In this document: piece after piece, positions 58,470 to 64,000 of the stretch
Numbering within the stretch: position 1 is the stretch's first letter
Layout of the letters: each line of letters begins with the position of its first letter
Virus record (IMG/VR): IMGVR_UViG_3300025237_000002
Coordinates: 1 to 64,000 of that record
Reading direction: 5' to 3' (one strand)
Length of the DNA: 64,000 nt
Source of the DNA: a virus
Position numbers and translations under genes: made by a program
Notes under the pieces: model-generated
The model's input: only the letters and a program-made list of their open reading frames with translations
Told to the model about the DNA's origin: nothing
Databases searched by the model: none

Positions 58470-60820
58470 ATGAAAGAACTACTTAAATATAGGGACAATT
58501 CTTATTTTAACGATACTGACTACTTCTTAGCGGATAGTGGGCTTAGCTCGTTTTACCTAACTACTTTAGAATTATATAAAAGTAATTGGTATCCTAAAGA
58601 ACATATGGCTTTTAGTGGTGGAACTCTATACCCTAATGGTTATTGGTATCCGTCAAATCGATGGTATAATAACGGTTGTACCCAAGTTAATATGGCAACC
58701 ACAAGAACGTTAAATTGTAATGAACTTCTTGGAAGAGAGGTTGAATATAAGGGTACTGGAATAAAAGGTACTATCACTAAATTCTTATTACATAACATGG
58801 GTGTTAATTGGTATCAAGGTCAAGGCGACCTTAAGCGGAAGTTTGGTATGCCTACTTTCTGGAATGAACCAAAGTATTTAGAATTAACACAAAATTTCTG
58901 ATTTTATAAGCTTTTTCTCGCTTTTTTTCATATTTATAGTATAGACTCAATGAGTTAAAAGTTATAAAAATGAAAAAAAACGAGATAAAGAAAGTATTAC
59001 GAGAAAATACAATAGGTCTGGAAGAAAAATCAGCACCTAATAGACATATTAACCACGCCATTAGCACTAAAACTAATGACGATGCTCAATCAGATAATGA
59101 ATATGAGAAAATAGTTAAGTTATTAGATAATGACTTGATTAACCACGCTGCAATTGGGCGTAGAATGAAAGGTGATGAATGGGGAGGTAATAGTGAAGCT
59201 ACTAATAGGTCCAAATTCAGAAAGAAAGTTAAGAGAATGCAAAATGATGAAGGTGGTACATACCACTTTGATGAAGATGAATTATCACAAGTCCAAAAGA
59301 TTCTGATGAACTTTTCTTCAACCATAAGTCATTCAATAGGTAGAGAAGGGAAATAATTGGATAAACGTTTGAATACCCAAGACATTAAAAGTCTAATCGA
59401 TAATATCCATAAGACTTTTGACCAACTGAAAAAACTTAGACTCCAAGCTAAAAATGAACTATCCCAAATTGATAAAGAACTGTCAAATCATTATCATAAT
59501 ATAGAGGGAACTAGTATAGAATATATGACCGACTCGCATTTAATGGTCATGAAACTAAAAGATATCTTATACCAGCGAAGAGAAGCTAAGATTAACCATA
59601 CGTTGTTAGAATCATTCGTATCTGCGCTAGAAAGACCCATGGACAAAACCAAGAAGCGGTCTACAGAAATCGTCAATAAACATGACGAGATTATTAAAGA
59701 AATAATAAAAAGAGCCAAATAGAAGAAATTTTATTTGGTTTTTTCGTTTTTAATACGTATCTTTGTGAAAACTAAAATATTATGACAGAACAAGCATTTG
59801 GTGCAATGGGAATTATTTTTACAATAGCAATGGGAATTATACTACTTGTTGGATTTATAGCCGATACAGGAAAACCCAACACTTGGGAAAATTTATACAC
59901 TTCTTATTTAGGTGGTAGAAACCAGACGTTGAAGATTAAACTTCAAATGATGGAGGAAGAAACCAAACAAATGGAGGAAGAAACCAAACAAATGGCTCTA
60001 ACCATAGGTGATTCGATAGGAGATTAAAAATAAACCAGGTTTTATTAGGTTTGTATGTTTATTATCCTTATATTTGTACCATAATAACAATAAAACATTA
60101 AAATTATGAAAACTGATTCTTTAGAATTTAACACAATCAAAACGATTAAAGTTATCCAAAAGGATGGTATGCTTCAAAAAGTATACAATGCTAAAACAGA
60201 TAACTTTAACTTTACGAAATTATTAAGTGAAGCTGAAGCCAATACGTTAGCTGATGAAACAATTAAAACACTTAACGACATTTATGTATCAATCATATTG
60301 ATTGACGATGCTCAATTCGATGTGTATGAGAAAATAAATGGAACTCGAACTACACCTAGACGATATGGTAAAAACCAAATCAAGGTTGATGTTGAAGCAC
60401 AAGGTGGTATACCAACATCAGCACAAGAGTCAATGTTGTTATTAGGTGATTTAAAAGCTATGACATCGACTTTACTTAACAGAGGTGTATCTGATAGATA
60501 TAAAGGAACTGTGAACTTCTCAGATGCTGACCACCGTAAAATCAAATCAGCTATTAGAGAGTTGAAAAAGAGTTTGTTACCAGTACTTAAATCTAAATAA
60601 GATGAAAGCAATTTTAAATAAAGTTAAAGATAACCAAGAAAGTAATAAGAACTCCTTATTACTAATGAGAAGGCATAATAGAATATTAATCCCTTCAATA
60701 TTTAACATAACGTTTTATTCATGTTTTATATATCAAGAATTATATATTCTTAAATATATTTGGATAGCTAACGATAATATTAAAATATTAGATAATTTAA
60801 TTAATAGTTTAAATAAATAA
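58470..60820 (+). CDS. Run of hypothetical ORFs (58470, 58970, 59357, 59782, 60106, 60602)
   Basis: Packed + strand ORFs, several with their own promoter motif. Confidence 0.55.
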
Positions 60821-60992
60821 TTATGAAATATAAATTCACTTCAATGTTCTTCGGTCTAACAGTATTTTTTGGGTTAGGAGTAATTGATAAAATAGTTGCA
60901 CAAACTATTTGGGATGGTTTTGATGTTGTTTTTACAATATTTTTTTCTATCTTTAGTGCAATTACTTTCTATAATTATAAAAACGCTAGATA

Positions 60993-61685
60993 ATGATAAC
61001 AACTAACTTAAGGGATAGAGCATATAATGCACTTAATCTAAGACAATATTCAGAATTGAATGTAGTTGATGAATTAGGACCTCTTAACTTAGTTGTACCA
61101 TCGGAAAGACAATATGTCTTAAGAATACTAATCAAACGTACATTTGGTGAATTCCAAATCCCAACAGAATTAGAATGGGTTAGACCATTTATAAATACAA
61201 CTAAAGCTCACCAAGACAGAATAGGGGTTAAGCAACCATTTGTATATCTTACGGTAAGAAACGGTCTTGTGGAGTCTGTAACCGATGATGAGTGGCACGT
61301 AGATGGTTTTTCACAAACCATTACTCACTTACCCGAACAAAATTACCTATGGACTGATGTACTACCAACTGAATATATTGAGAAAACATTTAATTTTCCT
61401 GATAACTTCGATAGTGCTAAACATAACGTTCATGACTTCTTCCAACGTAGAATAACAACGGATGAAGTGCTAACTATGAAAGCCAAAAACGTATATGGTT
61501 TTGACCCATATGTTATTCATCGAAGACCTAAAATTAGTGCTGGAACTCAAAGATGTTTCTTAAGAGTATCTTACACACCAATTGAGATTGAAGACATTAA
61601 TAATACCTTCAATGACTTATTACCAACAGCTTATGTAAGAGATGGTGTGAAAGCATTTAGAGATAAATTAGTAAGTTATGATTAG
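60993..61685 (+). CDS. Putative 2OG-Fe(II) oxygenase
   Basis: WHVDG (HxD), distal IHR, and RCFLRVS. Confidence 0.6.
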   Translation: MITTNLRDRAYNALNLRQYSELNVVDELGPLNLVVPSERQYVLRILIKRTFGEFQIPTELEWVRPFINTTKAHQDRIGVKQPFVYLTVRNGLVESVTDDEWHVDGFSQTITHLPEQNYLWTDVLPTEYIEKTFNFPDNFDSAKHNVHDFFQRRITTDEVLTMKAKNVYGFDPYVIHRRPKISAGTQRCFLRVSYTPIEIEDINNTFNDLLPTAYVRDGVKAFRDKLVSYD

Positions 61686-61892
61686 ATATAAATTAATGAG
61701 ATTGTGGTTTAAAATTAGATACCACAAAATATTTAGAAGCAAAGAAGAAAAGCTGCGAAGGAAGCAAAATGCTCTAGCACTTTACAACGAAATTATGAGT
61801 GAAAAATTTAGTGATAAAAAATAGATACGAATTTATTTGCATATGTCGATAAAATTTCGTATATTTACATATAAGAGTTAAATACTAATATT

Positions 61893-63683
61893 ATGCCAAC
61901 ACAAGGAGAAAGACAAAATTACCAATGGAGACCGAATGATAATTCGTCTACCACAAGGTTAAGATATGACTTGGAAGCTGAACATTGGTTAACCTCAATA
62001 AAATCAACATCTTCAAGAAGAGGTTCAGGTGGAAGTGGAAGTTTTGCGTTTTTATTCACGTTCTTCGCTTTAGCCTTCAATCTTTTGAACATACTCGTTC
62101 TTGGAATAACAATGTTATTCAAGTGGATGTTCGGACTTAACAAAAAGACTTCAAGGGTTGTTACCCATGAAGGTGTACGTGAAAGAATGTTAACACCTGA
62201 AGAGGTTGACGAAATAAATAGAACCCAAACACCAACAAGTATATATGAGAATTAAAGGAACTTTATTTGATGAGTTAGGAAACTCATATCTAGCCGATAA
62301 TGTTGATATATATGTTGGTGAAATGAAAGATAGATTATTGGTTGTAACCTATATGAACACAATCCATTTTCATGAAATTGAACTAGATACTATGAAAACT
62401 CTAGTCAAAGAAGGTGTGATTGATACAATTGATGAAGATTACAATCCTAGTCTAACTCTAAGCGCAATAGATTCAATGAGGGAAGAAATCATTGAACGAT
62501 TCGATGAAGATTACCATGAGCATGTGATAGAACAACTTAAAAAGAAAATTTTAAAAGCTAAAAAAAATGGATAACGATTGGGGAGATAATACTGGAAAAA
62601 GAGTAGAGATTGATGGTGTAAGTCATTTATTAATACCCGAACAATCAACGGTTGTTAGCAAAGAAGGTGAATTTACGATGTATGATGACACACAAGGTCA
62701 TTGTGCGCTATGTGGACGTATAACTTGTAAACAAACATGTTTTAAATAATGGATGCATTTCTACACTTATTAGGGTTATGTGGTGACACTCACTCACATT
62801 TCGACCTTATCGACTTACTCATCATCTTAGGTGGTGGTGGAGCTGGATTAGTTACAATTAAATTATACTACAGAACCGTGATATACATGGTTAAAGATTA
62901 CATTAAAAAAATATTATGAATAAAATATACGGGGAAAATAGTGACAACGGACCTGAAGGTTCAACAGCAATAGGAAATGAAGTGGGTGCTGATAACATAG
63001 AAGATAAGTTTGTAAATGAAGTGTGTAACTTGGTTACAGAGATACTTGAAATTGGTTGGAAAGATAGAACTGTTTTTAAAGCAGTCCTAAAGAAAGCAAT
63101 TGGTAAAGATATTGATTCTAGTAATCGAGAAGATGGACTATTACAACAACATGGTGCCTATGTCTTAGATAAAGCGTCTAAACGAATTATTGATGAGTTA
63201 GAATTGGTTGACGTAAAGGTTAACCATGAGTATGCCGCACACGCTAAATTTGCTGATATAGTAAAAGCAATTAAAGCTAAGCTTGACGAACCATCGTTAA
63301 AAGTTGAAGAGCTTGATACTGAGGAATTTGCGGAGAAATTATTAGAGAAATATGGTCCAGAGTCTATATTTCAATTAGCTAAGTTGTTAATTAAAATTGC
63401 GAATGACGATGTTAATTTAGCTATTTCACAATCAATCTCAAGCCCAATGGCTGTTGATTATAGAGATGATAAAGTTAGGCAGAAAGAAGATGTAAAAAAG
63501 AAGAAATCGGATATTAAACCACCTAATATCATGCATTTGGTAGCTACTTATAAAGCTAGAATCTTAACTCTACAAAATAAAGATTTATCGAGTATTTCAG
63601 AATACAACGGAATAAAGATTGAAATTAATACTCTTCAAGGTGTGGTTGATAACCTATCCAGTTGGATTGTTTATAATTATTAA
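61893..63683 (+). CDS. Run of hypothetical ORFs (61893, 62245, 62567, 62916)
   Basis: Packed + strand ORFs. Confidence 0.55.
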
Positions 63684-64000
63684 ACAAAATTAGGTTTATA
63701 AGTTTATTATCATTATATTTGCATCATAAAAAATAACAATTATGCACGTAACCTTACAAATACTACATAGCGAAGAATACTTCCAACAAATGGATAGAGA
63801 AATCGATTGGGATGAAACTAATGACCCCAAAAAAGTATCGCTTGCACAAGCTGACCTTATCTTTAAGATTCTTACTTGTGAAGCATCTATATTCCTATTA
63901 CGTAGAGCAACTGGTTCAGATGGTGGAAACGTAGATATTATGGTGGGAGTCAGAAGAGATTTTATCAAAGAATATGAGAAATCATATGAACCATATAACT

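Noticed and set aside
59950-59994. 21-bp in-frame tandem repeat (MEEETKQ x2)
   Set aside because: Simple in-frame slippage in a small ORF with no sign of function
347-63968. Minus-strand ORFs throughout the window
   Set aside because: Nearly all lie antisense to well-supported + strand genes or tRNAs and show no recognisable motifs
1-64000. Genome-wide stop-codon reassignment (code 15 or code 4)
   Set aside because: Conserved enzymes are full length under code 11, and both TAG and TGA end complete genes
1-64000. Bacterial chromosome origin
   Set aside because: Single-strand run of many tiny ORFans, scattered auxiliary genes, a redundant tRNA array and no housekeeping operons fit a large phage better, although no virion genes are in this window

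Overview
AT-rich window with dense, almost entirely + strand genes and no rRNA, ribosomal-protein or virion genes. It reads as part of a jumbo/huge phage of Bacteroidota, probably flavobacteria (inference). Support: repeated TTG-n-TAnnTTTG promoters, A-rich starts without Shine-Dalgarno sites, a T9SS-sorted protein and a Bacteroidota-type primary sigma factor. Proteins include host-like auxiliary genes (FMN glutamate-synthase family, ABC transporter with an SBP-OmpA fusion, MscL, M42 peptidase), an NAD+/ADP-ribose toolkit (NadM-Nudix, Nampt, Prs-like, sirtuin, macro, NADAR, ARH), tRNA repair and modification enzymes (Thg1, KptA, RlmN-like, aaRS fragments) and an Acb1-like 2H phosphoesterase. 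The most striking part is the non-coding region at 18.55-24.8 kb. (1) Tandem promoters precede an ~880-nt highly structured RNA, followed by a set of aberrant tRNA-like RNAs. (2) A tRNA array is dominated by Pro, Gln, Tyr, Lys, Thr and Gly. It sits behind a 33-codon leader peptide with a terminator/antiterminator, and 19 of leader codons 2-21 encode those same six amino acids. This looks like a tRNA-depletion-sensing attenuator. A ~205-nt RNase P RNA lacking most of the specificity domain lies at 29.6-29.8 kb. All calls come from manual reading; no searches or folding programs were run.
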